DNA of 64,000 nucleotides from an uncultured bacterium (GTDB lineage Bacteria; Eisenbacteria; RBG-16-71-46): NCBI GenBank assembly GCA_964405235.1, contig CAYONG010000135.1, positions 1,346-65,345 of the forward strand, in the 5' to 3' direction. How positions within the stretch are numbered: the stretch's first letter is position 1; every line of letters starts with the position of its first letter. The position numbers were made by a program, and so were the translations under genes. Below the pieces are notes generated by a model. The model did no database searches and was not told the origin of the DNA. It saw only the letters and a program-made list of their open reading frames with translations. Positions 42,633-52,200 of the stretch are shown here, piece after piece.

Positions 42633-43181
42633 TCACGTGGTCTCCAGTCCTTCCAGATGCACCAGTCCGCCCCGCCCACCGCGGCGGCTCCGCTCGGGCG
42701 TCGAGGTGATCCCCGCCACCAGCGCGGGCTCGCGCGGCATGCCATGATCCTGCCCGCACTGCACGCACCCGTTCACCTTTACCCCGGGCGTGGCGCATTC
42801 CCGGCAGGTCTCGAGGTAGGCCAGCCCCTCGGTCAGTTCGCGCTCGAGCTGCTGGTGGCGCGTCACCGCCGCTCGGGTCTCCTCCAGCTTGCGCGCGAAC
42901 AGCCCGCGCAGGCGCTCCATCGCATCCGGTCCCAGATCGGCGCCCCACCACGAGCGCAGCAGCTCGCTCATCTCGTGCAGCGAGAAGCCCATGCCGTGAA
43001 GCAGGGCGATCCAGCGTACGCGCTCGACCACCGAACGCTCGTAGAGGCGGAAGCCGCCGCTGGTGCGGGTCGCGGGGCGAAGCAGTCCCAGCTCTTCGTA
43101 GAGGTGAATCGCCCGCACCGTCTTGCCGGTCTGGCGGGCGAGGTCACCGATACGCAGCAGGTGGGCTGATTCGGGATTCAT
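42633..43181 (-). CDS. MerR-family transcriptional regulator with a C-terminal CxxC-x10-CxxC cluster, first gene of the suf cluster
   Basis: HTH LRIGDLARQTGKTVRAIHLYEELGLL..R...G.R.Y, a coiled-coil dimerisation helix, then CRECATPGVKVNGCVQCG. Start at ATG 43181 (GGGAGA RBS), or possibly 43199. Confidence 0.8.
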   Translation of the reverse strand: MNPESAHLLRIGDLARQTGKTVRAIHLYEELGLLRPATRTSGGFRLYERSVVERVRWIALLHGMGFSLHEMSELLRSWWGADLGPDAMERLRGLFARKLEETRAAVTRHQQLERELTEGLAYLETCRECATPGVKVNGCVQCGQDHGMPREPALVAGITSTPERSRRGGRGGLVHLEGLETT

Positions 43182-43229
43182 CGGTCTTGCGTCTCCCATA
43201 CCCTTACGCGCGGGTTAGATTCAGACCGG

Positions 43230-43258
43230 AACGTACGAGAACCAATCATCTTTGTCAA
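43230..43258 (-). promoter_or_regulatory. Sigma70-like promoter candidate for the merR-like/suf transcription unit
   Basis: On the minus strand: TTGACA - 17 nt - TACGTT, ending about 30 nt upstream of ATG 43199. Confidence 0.35.
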
Positions 43259-43323
43259 CGATTCTGCGCCGAATCGCGAGCCAATGGGCGGGATCGGGGT
43301 GGGCTCGTCTAACTCGTTTTACG

Positions 43324-44787
43324 TCAGGCGGTTGGCCGGCTTCGACGCATGAGCGCCAGGTAGAGCACCCCGGCCGAGAGGAACCCCACGAACCAGGCGT
43401 AGTCGTAGAGCGGGCGCAGCACCGGGACGACCAACCCGCCCCAGGCGAGCGCACAGCCCACCAGCGTCGCGATCACGGCCGGCATGTTCCAGCCGCCGTA
43501 GCGACCGTCGGGCAGGTAGAGGTCGGCGAGGTGCAGTTCCCGCCTGCGCACGATCCAGTAGTCGGCGATCAACACGCCGGCGATCGAGCCCAGCCCACCC
43601 GAATAGCCGATCAGCCAGGCGAAGATGTAGCCCTTGGGATCCGCGAGCAGCCGCCACGGCTGCATGGCGATGCCGACCAGCCCGGTGATGAGCCCGCCGG
43701 TGCGGAAGCTGATCCAGCGCGGCAGCGCGTTGGCGAAATCGTTGGCCGGGGAAACCACGTTGGCGGCAATGTTGACCGCCAGCGTGGCGACCACGACCGA
43801 AAACATCGCGAAGCCGACCACGAACGGATTCCCGAACTTCGCGACCAGCTTCACCGGGTCCCAGATCGCCTCGCCATAGATGATGGCGGTGGCGCTGGTG
43901 ATCATCACTCCCATCGCCGCGAACATGAACATGGTGGTGGGGAGCGCCAAGGCCTGACCGACGATCTGCTCGCGCTGGCTGCGGCCGAAACGGGTGAAGT
44001 CGGGCATGTTGAGCGAGAGCGTCGCCCAGAAGCCGATCATGGCGGTGAGCGACGGCGCGAATATCGGCAGGAACTCAGCCATGGTCTCGAACTTCCCCGG
44101 CTGAGAAAGGAGCGGCCCGAAACCATCCGCGGCCTTCACCGCCCACACCAGCAGCCCGATGGTGACGATTAGCACGTAGGGCGCCGCCCAGTTCTCGACC
44201 TTCCGGAGCAGATCCATGCCGCGGTAGATGATCCAGATGTTGAGACCCCAGAAGAGCATGAACGAGAGCCACTCGCTCCCGCTGTGCCCGCCGAAGCCGG
44301 GGCCGAGCATGTCCTTCCATCCCGGGATCAGGGCGGCGAAGAACGTATTGAGCGCCTCGCCGCCGATCCAGGCCTGGATGCCGAACCAGCCGCAGGCGAC
44401 CAGGGCACGCATGAGCGCGGGGAGGTTGGAGCCCGCGGTCCCGTACGCGGCGCGCGCGAACACCGGGAACGGGATGCCGTACTTGGTGCCCGGATGCGAG
44501 TTGAGCAGGATCGGGATGAGCACGATGGTGTTGCCGAGAAGGATGGTGAACAGCGCCTGCTTCCAGTTCATCCCCTGCGCCATGAGGCCGGAGGCCAGCA
44601 TGTAGGTGGGGATGCAGTGCGCCATCGAGATCCACAGCGCCGCGTAGTTGTACGTGGACCAGGTGCGGCGGGCGATCGGGACCGGGGCCAGGTCGCGGTT
44701 GTAGAGCGGGCTCTGGTGGATGGCCGCAACACCGAGCAACTCCACCCGTCCGTCGGGGAGCTGGATCTGGCTCTTCTCGGCGTCCAT
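43324..44787 (-). CDS. NCS1-family nucleobase:cation symporter (cytosine/uracil/allantoin/hydantoin permease-like)
   Basis: NRDLAPVPIARRTWSTYNYAALWISMAHCIPTY and GWFGIQAWIGG. 12 TM segments. Confidence 0.85.
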   Translation of the reverse strand: MDAEKSQIQLPDGRVELLGVAAIHQSPLYNRDLAPVPIARRTWSTYNYAALWISMAHCIPTYMLASGLMAQGMNWKQALFTILLGNTIVLIPILLNSHPGTKYGIPFPVFARAAYGTAGSNLPALMRALVACGWFGIQAWIGGEALNTFFAALIPGWKDMLGPGFGGHSGSEWLSFMLFWGLNIWIIYRGMDLLRKVENWAAPYVLIVTIGLLVWAVKAADGFGPLLSQPGKFETMAEFLPIFAPSLTAMIGFWATLSLNMPDFTRFGRSQREQIVGQALALPTTMFMFAAMGVMITSATAIIYGEAIWDPVKLVAKFGNPFVVGFAMFSVVVATLAVNIAANVVSPANDFANALPRWISFRTGGLITGLVGIAMQPWRLLADPKGYIFAWLIGYSGGLGSIAGVLIADYWIVRRRELHLADLYLPDGRYGGWNMPAVIATLVGCALAWGGLVVPVLRPLYDYAWFVGFLSAGVLYLALMRRSRPTA

Positions 44788-44805
44788 GGAGGCGGCGGGG
44801 CTCCC

Positions 44806-45027
44806 TCAGGAACCAGTCTTGCGCCCGGCGCGGAACCAGAGCGCGGCGCCGATGAGGATGGCGAGCCCGTTGACGGCCGGCGGCAGCGCAAGCTGGCGCT
44901 TCTCGGTCGCCTGCATCTTGAGGCCGCCGAGCTGGGCGATGGTCTCCCTGCGGTCGTACGGGATGCCGCCGAACATGAGCCCCAGCATCCCGAGGACGAC
45001 AAGCACCGCGCCGAGCGGCTTGATCAC
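44806..45027 (-). CDS. Small two-TM membrane protein (DUF3185-like architecture)
   Basis: MIKPLGAVLVVLGMLGLMFGG...NGLAILIGAALWF. It overlaps the preA stop by 4 nt and sits between preA and the NCS1 permease. Confidence 0.5.
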   Translation of the reverse strand: MIKPLGAVLVVLGMLGLMFGGIPYDRRETIAQLGGLKMQATEKRQLALPPAVNGLAILIGAALWFRAGRKTGS

Positions 45028-46397
45028 GCCGTACCTTTCGCCCGTGCCCCATGCGCGGCGCGGTAGTCAGCGAGTCCGCCCGGCACCTTCGCGGTGCCTT
45101 TGGCGATGCGGTCGTTCCAGGATTCGAACGGGGCGCCGTTGGACTCGTCCTTCATCGTGATGCAGCCAGGAACCGGGCAGACCGCCGCGCACAGGTTGCA
45201 GCCGATACACTCGCTCTCGTCCACCCAGACGATGTGCGAGTCCCGGGCCTTCGCTGCCGCGATCGCGCCCTCGCGCGTGGTGGCGCGGTGGCCGGACTTG
45301 AGCGGCTCGTCGGCGTTGTGGATGCAGTGCACCGCCGTGTCACGGCAGGCCACGTAGCACAGGTTGCAGCCGATGCACGTGTCGGCGTCCACGTGGGCGA
45401 TCACCTTGTAGTTCAGGTCGAGATCGCCCCACTCGACGAACGCGGGCAGCGCCTTGCGGTGAAGCTCCTTGACCGACGTCATGCCCTTGTCGTCGAGGTA
45501 GGCGCTCAGCCCGTCGATCATGTCCTCGACGATGCGGAATCCGTGGTGCATGGCCGCCGTGCACACCTGGACGCTGGTCGCCCCCAGCGCGATGAACTCG
45601 GCGGCGTCGCGCCAGGTCGAGATCCCGCCGACGCCCGAGATCGGCACCGTGATGCGCGGATCGCGCGCCAGGGCCGCCACCATGTGGAGCGCGATCGGCT
45701 TGACCGCCGGGCCGCAGTAGCCGCCATTGGTCGAGCGGTTCCCCACCACCGGGTAAGGCACGAACTTGTCCAGGTCCACGCCGATCAGGCTCTTGATGGT
45801 GTTGATGAGCGAGAGCCCGTGCACCCCCGCCTCGACCGCGGGCACGCCGGCCTCGAGGATGTCGCCGATATTGGGCGTGAGCTTGATGAGCACCGGGACG
45901 GTCGAGTACTCGACCGCCCAGCCGGCCACCACCTTCAACACCTCGGGCTCCGAGCCCACCGCCGAGCCCATGCCGCGCTCGCACATGCCGTGCGGACAGC
46001 CGAAGTTGAGCTCGATGCCGTCGCAGCCGGTATCCACCGTCGCCTTGATGATGTCGCGCCAGTCCTCCTTCGACTCGACCATCAGCGAGACGATCACCGC
46101 GCGGTCCGGGTACTTGCGCTTGACCTCGCGGATCTCGCGCAAGTTCACCTCGAGCGGCCGGTCGGTGATGAGCTCGATGTTGTTGAACCCCACCATGCGC
46201 GTGCCGTTCACGTCGAGCGAGCCGAACCGGCTCGAGCTGTCGACGATCGGATCGCCCAGCGTCTTCCACACCGCGCCGCCCCAGCCCAGGTCGAAGGCGC
46301 GCATGACCTGGTCCCCGGAGTTGGTGGGCGGTGCGCTCGCGAGCCAGAAGGGGTTCGGGCTCTTGATCCCCGCGAAATCGATGGAGAGGTCCGCCAT
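45024..46397 (-). CDS. preA: NAD-dependent dihydropyrimidine dehydrogenase subunit PreA-like (DHOD-like TIM barrel plus a 2x[4Fe-4S] ferredoxin domain)
   Basis: IELNFGCPHGM, GGISTWRDAAEF, and C-terminal CIGCNLCYVACRD and CIGCNLCAAVCPV. The start is at MADLSID (46397). No preT partner is in the window. Confidence 0.85.
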   Translation of the reverse strand: MADLSIDFAGIKSPNPFWLASAPPTNSGDQVMRAFDLGWGGAVWKTLGDPIVDSSSRFGSLDVNGTRMVGFNNIELITDRPLEVNLREIREVKRKYPDRAVIVSLMVESKEDWRDIIKATVDTGCDGIELNFGCPHGMCERGMGSAVGSEPEVLKVVAGWAVEYSTVPVLIKLTPNIGDILEAGVPAVEAGVHGLSLINTIKSLIGVDLDKFVPYPVVGNRSTNGGYCGPAVKPIALHMVAALARDPRITVPISGVGGISTWRDAAEFIALGATSVQVCTAAMHHGFRIVEDMIDGLSAYLDDKGMTSVKELHRKALPAFVEWGDLDLNYKVIAHVDADTCIGCNLCYVACRDTAVHCIHNADEPLKSGHRATTREGAIAAAKARDSHIVWVDESECIGCNLCAAVCPVPGCITMKDESNGAPFESWNDRIAKGTAKVPGGLADYRAAHGARAKGTA

Positions 46398-46721
46398 GGG
46401 TCTCGTCGCGCTCAGCGGGCGCCGGGGCGCCGGCAGGTGGAGCGGCTCACGGGCCGCGGACATCGCGGGCTGACGGTGGGCATGGGGTCCCGCCCAATCG
46501 GCGTGTCGAGCGCCCCCGTGCCAAGCGCGCAGTCTATCACCCGGCGGCTACGCGTACACCTCCGAGGCGCCCCGGTTCCGAAGCGGGGCGCAAGCCGGCT
46601 GTCCTCTCAGGGATCTCCGTGGGCGCTCCGAGGCGGCAGGGGGACCAAACACCGGCGGCGGGTGGACGTCATGAGCCCACGAATCGCCACGGTCCCTGAA
46701 CCAGACCGGACCGATAAGAGC

Positions 46722-47546
46722 CTAGCGCCCGTGACCGAAAACGGATCTCGCGAGCAGGAGGGCGCCGAGCAGCGCGATCAGTACGGCACTCACGCGAGGC
46801 ACGTAGACGGCGAGTCCGCGCGTCTCGAACATGCGCGACGCCCATCGACCCGCCTGGACAAACAGGACGCCGATCGCGATCAGGGTCGCGGCGATGTCGA
46901 GACTCATGGCGGCGACGACGGCGATTCCGGTCGCCGGGCGCCCAAGGTTCACAGCCGCCAGGAGTGCGGTGAGCGCGGCGGGGCACGGCACGAGTCCGCC
47001 CGACGCCCCGACCGCGACCAGAGTCCAGATCCCCAGGGGATCCCTCCCTTCTGGGATCTTCACATCATGCGTGTGGCCGTGGTGGGCATGATGAGCGTGA
47101 GCATGGGGGTGAACAGGGTCGTGACCGTGGTCGTGCGCGTGATGCACATGGTCGTGCGGGTGGTCGTGCGGGTGCGCGTGCCCCGCCCCGTGCGCGTGTC
47201 CATGGTTAATCCGCCCCCGGCGGCGCAGGAGGTCGAACGAGGTCAGAATCATCCAGATCCCGACCCCCAGCACGAGGATCCCGGATACGACCTCGAGCCA
47301 GGATGTCACCTGCCCGGTGGCGAACCGATCGGCCAGAACCAGTGCGCCAAGGGCGAGCAGGAAGACGATCAGCGTGTGGGTCACCGTCACGACGAGTCCC
47401 AGGAGGAGGGCGTGCCGCACACCGCCGCGGGAGGCGACGAGGTAAGCCCCCATGATGGACTTCCCGTGACCAGGCTCGAGGGCGTGGAGCGCACCAAGGC
47501 CGAAGGCGACCACCAGGATCCAGCTAAGACTCGCGTTCCAATCCAT
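46722..47546 (-). CDS. rcnA: Nickel/cobalt efflux protein, RcnA/NicO family, with a His-rich loop
   Basis: LHALEPGHGKS motif, the central loop HGHAHGAGHAHPHDHPHDHVHHAHDHGHDPVHPHAHAHHAHHGHTHD, and GLVPCPAAL. Confidence 0.8.
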   Translation of the reverse strand: MDWNASLSWILVVAFGLGALHALEPGHGKSIMGAYLVASRGGVRHALLLGLVVTVTHTLIVFLLALGALVLADRFATGQVTSWLEVVSGILVLGVGIWMILTSFDLLRRRGRINHGHAHGAGHAHPHDHPHDHVHHAHDHGHDPVHPHAHAHHAHHGHTHDVKIPEGRDPLGIWTLVAVGASGGLVPCPAALTALLAAVNLGRPATGIAVVAAMSLDIAATLIAIGVLFVQAGRWASRMFETRGLAVYVPRVSAVLIALLGALLLARSVFGHGR

Positions 47547-47693
47547 GATCCCTCCGATTGCCGGCGAACGGGCCGTACGATTCAACCCTGCGCCGGCGTC
47601 CCCCCAGGAGTGTGGCATGACGCTCGGGGTCCCTTGCTCTAATTCCGGCAGCCAGGACAAGCGGTCGGAAGATGTCAACGACTCCGAGACCCT

Positions 47694-48872
47694 TCATGGC
47701 AGGAGGCTGGCCGACTGTCTGGCCAGCGCGACGTCGATCCGCGCGACTGCAACCGCCGCGCGCGCTTCCATCCACGCGCGCTCCCCCTCGACGACTCGGG
47801 ACCGCAGCAGCAGGGTCTCCGAGGGATTGGCCTCGCCGGAGGCGAGCAATCCCTCAATCGCCCGAAGCGCTGGCGCCGCCTCCGCGCCGATGTCGGGCGC
47901 CAGCGTCGCGAGCGACTCCTCCGCCACTCTCAACCGCTCGGCGGCGCGCACTTCCTCGGTGGCCGCCCGTCCTGCCGTGGAAGCCTCGATGGCTTGGGCG
48001 AGCCTCAAGTTTCCCCGCGCCGCGCCGACGCGAGACTGGTTCCAGTTCCAGAGGGGCACCTCAAAGGTGACGGCTGGCCCGAAGATCTCGCGCCCCTCAT
48101 CCCTCTCGTAGAAAGCGCCCAGCCCGATCGCGGGGAGCACCGCGGCGCGCTCGCGGGAGAGCGTCGCACGCGCGGCGCGCGTGGCCGCGCTGGTCGCGAT
48201 CAGATCTGACCGGGACGTCCCGGGCCCTGGCTCCGCCGGCCCGGCCACGAGCGGGTCCTGGGCCAACGGGCCCGGTGTCATTCCGATGAGCGCCGCCAGA
48301 TCGGTGTCGGATGCGGTCGCCTGCGCCTGAGCGTCGAGCCACGCGGCCATCGCGCGAGCCTGCTCGAGGCGAGCCAGTCTCAGGTCGAGGTCGACGCCCT
48401 CGCCTGCCGCCACCCTCGCCTCGGCGACCCCGCGCTGCCGCGCGAGCAGGGCCCGGTCCTCCTCAGCGAAGCGGAGCAACTCCCGGGCGAGCACCGCCCG
48501 GGAGTAGGCCCGGCGGGTCGTGGCGGCGGTCTCGAAGTGGGCGCGCTCGGCCGCAGCCTTTGCGGCGTCCAGACCGGCGCGCACGCTCCTGGCCGCGTGG
48601 ATGCCTTCGCCCGTCAGAGAAAGCGGCTGAGTCACCGAGCCGCAGCGCCGGGCGCGGTCGGTGGTGGAAGACAGGGTGATCTCTGGATTGTTTCCCAGGA
48701 AGAACGTCTCGCGCCGCGGCGACTGAACCGTCATGCTGCCCTCGAGGAGATTGAAGACCAACCCGTCTTCGCCACCTGCACAAGGCGCCACCTCGCGCCT
48801 GAGGACGGTGATCTCCTCGGCACAGTCCATGCCGTGGATCCTGAACTGCATCTCTGTGGCCGCGGTTCGCAT
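47694..48872 (-). pseudogene. Chimeric ORF: HMA (heavy-metal-associated) N-terminal fragment of a P1B-ATPase fused in frame to the C-terminal about 320 aa of a CzcC/TolC-type outer-membrane factor. No signal peptide.
   Basis: MQFRIHGMDCAEEITVLRREVAPCAGGEDGLVFNLLEGSMTV resembles the CadA/ZntA-type N-terminus. From about aa 70 onward it has OMF coiled-coil/beta repeats (...VPLWNWNQSRVGAARGNLRLAQ...). The OMF N-terminal lipobox and first repeat are missing. Confidence 0.55.
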
Positions 48873-48894
48873 CGGCGAGAGTGAGTCCCCCCGG

Positions 48895-49233
48895 TCAGAT
48901 GGCGGCGTCTCCGGTCTCGCGGCTCCGCACGCTCACGACGCTCTCCACGTTGGTCACGAAGACCTTCCCGTCCCCTTTGCGGCCCGAGTGCGCACCCTTG
49001 ATGATAGCTTCGACAATCGCTTCGACTTGCTCATCCTGGCACAGGAGCTCGAGCTTCACCTTGGGCGTGAAGTCCACGGCGAAGTCGGCCGAGTGGTGGG
49101 GATAGCTCTCGTCCTTCTCGCGGCCGAAACCCCGTACGTCCATGACCGTGAGGCCGTGGGCGTGGGCGTCGCGCAGCTCGTGCATGACGCGCGTGAGCAT
49201 GAACGGTTGGATGTAGGCTTCGACTCGCTTCAT
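48895..49233 (-). CDS. P-II (GlnB/GlnK-like) family signal-transduction protein embedded in the czc operon
   Basis: 112 aa, collinear with GlnB (MKRVEAYIQPF...GFGREK...KVKLELL...GDGKVFV...R.R.GE.DAAI). The T-loop is divergent (DESYPHHSADF) and lacks the canonical Tyr51 context. Confidence 0.85.
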   Translation of the reverse strand: MKRVEAYIQPFMLTRVMHELRDAHAHGLTVMDVRGFGREKDESYPHHSADFAVDFTPKVKLELLCQDEQVEAIVEAIIKGAHSGRKGDGKVFVTNVESVVSVRSRETGDAAI

Positions 49234-49242
49234 GAGCCCTCC

Positions 49243-52200
49243 CTAGAACTCGACCTCGCGGTGCTCGAACCACCGGTACAGGATGGGTAGCACGAACAGG
49301 GTGAGCAGCGTCGAGGTCACGAGCCCGCCGATCACGACCACCGCAAGCGGGCGCTGGACCTCCGAGCCCGGTCCGGTGGCGAAGAGCAGGGGGATCAGAC
49401 CCAGGCTGGCGACCAGGGCGGTCATGAGGACCGGCCGCAAGCGCAGCTCGCCGCCCTTGAGGATCGCTTCTTCGAGGCTCGCGCCCTCGCGCCGCAGCTG
49501 ATTGAAGTACGTGACCATGACGACCCCGTTGAGGACCGCCACGCCGAACAGGGCGATGAACCCGACGGAGGCCGCGACGCTCAGGTTCTGCCCCGAGAGG
49601 AAGAGCCCGATGACCCCGCCAACCAGGGCAAACGGAAGATTGAGGATGATGAGAAACGCGTTGCGGAGCGACCCGAAGCTGGTGAACAGCAGAATGAAGA
49701 TGAGCAGGACCACGATCGGCACGACCACCGAGAGCCTCGCCATGGCCCGCTGCTGATTCTCGAACTGGCCGCCCCAGGTCATGAAATATCCGGGCGGTAG
49801 CGGCACATCGCGGCCTACCGCCCGCTGGGCGTCGGCGACGAACGACCCGATGTCGCGGCCCACGATGTTGCACTCGACGACGATTCGCCGCTGCCCGTTC
49901 TCGCGGCTCACCTGGGAAGGGCCCTCGACCACCTGGATGGTGGCCAGCTGGCCGAGCGGCACCCGGGTACCGTCACTCGCCGTGACCAGTAGGTTGGACA
50001 GCCGGGCGGGATCGGACCGAACGCTTTCGGCGAACTTTACGACCACAGCAAAGAGTCGCTGACCCTCGCGCATCTGCGTCGCTTCCGCGCCGCCGAGCGC
50101 CGTCTCGATGATGTCCTGGACGTCCGCGACGTTGATGCCGTAACGGGCGATCCGCTGGCGATCGATCTGAATTTCGAGATAGGCCGTGCCGGCGACCCGC
50201 TCGACGTTGAGGTCGGCGACCCCGCGCACACGGCTGATTGCCCGGCTCACGGCATCGGCCTGCTCGCGGAGGATATCGAGGTCGTCGCCGAAGATCTTGA
50301 TCGCGAGCTGGGCCTTGACCCCGGAGATCAACTCGTCCACGCGCAGCTGGATGGGCTGAGAGAAGCTGAAGGTCGCCCCGGGGACTCGCCCCAGACGCTC
50401 CCGGATCTTCTCGACCAGCTCTTCACTGGTCCGCGCGGTGCGCCAGAACCGGCGGGGTCGCAGATTCGCGATCACGTCGCTGACCTCGAGGCCCATGGGG
50501 TCCGAGGCGATCTCGGCGCGGCCGGTCTTCGAGACCACCGTCTCGATCTCGGGGAACGACAGGAGAATCTGTTCCACCTGCAGCTCGATGCTGCGGGACG
50601 TGGAAAGCGAGATGCTGGGCAGGCGGAAGGTCTGAAGCCCGATCGCGCCTTCGTCGAGCGGTGGAAGGAACTCGCGGCCAAGCCGGGTGAACAGGACGAG
50701 GCTCAAGATCATGGCGCCCAGTGTCAGACCGACCGGGATTCGCCAGTGCGCCAGCGCCCAGCGAAGGCCGGCGATATAGGCGCGCTTGCACCATGCGACC
50801 ACCGGGGTATCCCGTTCCGACAGCTTGCCCCGCAGGAGGAAACTGGCCGCGACCGGAACCAGCGTCAGCGAGAACACGAGCGAGCCGGCGAGCGCCGCGG
50901 TGATCGTGAAGGCGAGCGGCGAGAACATCTTCCCCTCGAAACCCTCGAGGGTGAAGAGCGGGAGGAACACGACCGCGATGATCGAGATGCCGAAGACGAT
51001 CGGCCGCGCGACCTCGCGTGACGCATCTCGGACCACCTCGATGACGTTGCGGCTTCCATGGGCCTCCACGAGGTGCCGATAGATGTTCTCCGTCATCACC
51101 ACCGCCCCGTCGACGATCATGCCGATCCCGATCGCGAGCCCGCCGAGGGACATAAGGTTCGCCGAGTAGCCGGCGCCCTTGAGGAAGATGAACGCGACCA
51201 GCGCCGAGAGCGGCAGTACCATCGTCACGACCAGTGCGCTGCGGAGGTTTCCGAGGAACAGGATGAGCGTGATGACGACCAGCAGCGCGCCCTCGAGAAG
51301 CGCTTTCGTCACGGTGTGCATCGCCCGGTCGACGAGCTCGGTTCGATCGTAGAAGGGCGACAACCTGACGTCCGGTGGCAGCGCCTTCTGCACCGTCTTG
51401 ACCTTCTCCTTCACCGCCGCGACGACATCGCGTCCGCTGGCACCGCTCAGCATCAGCACGATGCCGGCGACAGCCTCGCCCTTTCCGTCACGGGTGACAA
51501 AGCCCTGGCGTGGCTCCGGGCCCAGAACCACGTCTGCCAGGTTGCGCACGTAGACGGGCGTTCCATCGTGGGTGGCCACGACGATGTTGCCGAGGTCTTC
51601 GACCGATCGAGCCAGGCCCAGGCCGCGCACCACGTACTGCTCGCCGTGGTGCTCGATGTAGCCACCGCTGGCGTTGGTGTTGTTCGCGGCCAGCGCCTCG
51701 AGCACCTGCCGGAGGGTGAGCCGGTAGCTCGTGAGCTGCTCGGGCCGGACCAGCACCTGGTACTGCTTCACGAAACCGCCGAAGCTGTTGACATCGGTGA
51801 CCCCGGGCACGGAGCGGAGGATGGGACGCACCACCCAATCTTGAAGCGTGCGGAGTTCCATCGCGTCCCGCGTCGGGCTCTCGAGCGTGTACTGGTAGAT
51901 CTCGCCAAGCCCGGTCGAGATCGGGCCAAGCTGGACCTCCACGCCGGGGGGCAGTTTCCCTCGTGCCTGTTGCAGACGCTCGAAGACAAGCTGCCGGGCG
52001 AAGTAGATGTTGACGTGATCCTCGAAGGCAACCGTCACGACGCACAGGCCGAGCTTCGAGAGTGACCGAACCTGCTCGACATCGGGCAACCCTCCCATCG
52101 AGACCTCGATCGGATAGGTCACGAGCTGCTCGACCTCGACCGGCGCCATGCCCGGCGCCTCTGCGAGAATCTGGACCTGGACGTTGGTGACATCGGGAAA

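Noticed and set aside
46567-46591. A perfect 8-bp GC hairpin (gcgccccg / cggggcgc, 9-nt loop) in the 324-bp spacer between rcnA and preA. It was considered as a terminator or riboswitch fragment.
   Set aside because: There is no U-tract on either strand and no recognisable riboswitch consensus around it. GC-rich hairpins of this size are expected by chance at this GC content. I leave it unannotated.
47040-47230. A CAC/CAT/GAC-rich simple-sequence-looking tract.
   Set aside because: It is the coding sequence of the His/Asp-rich cytoplasmic loop of the RcnA-like transporter, not a non-coding microsatellite.
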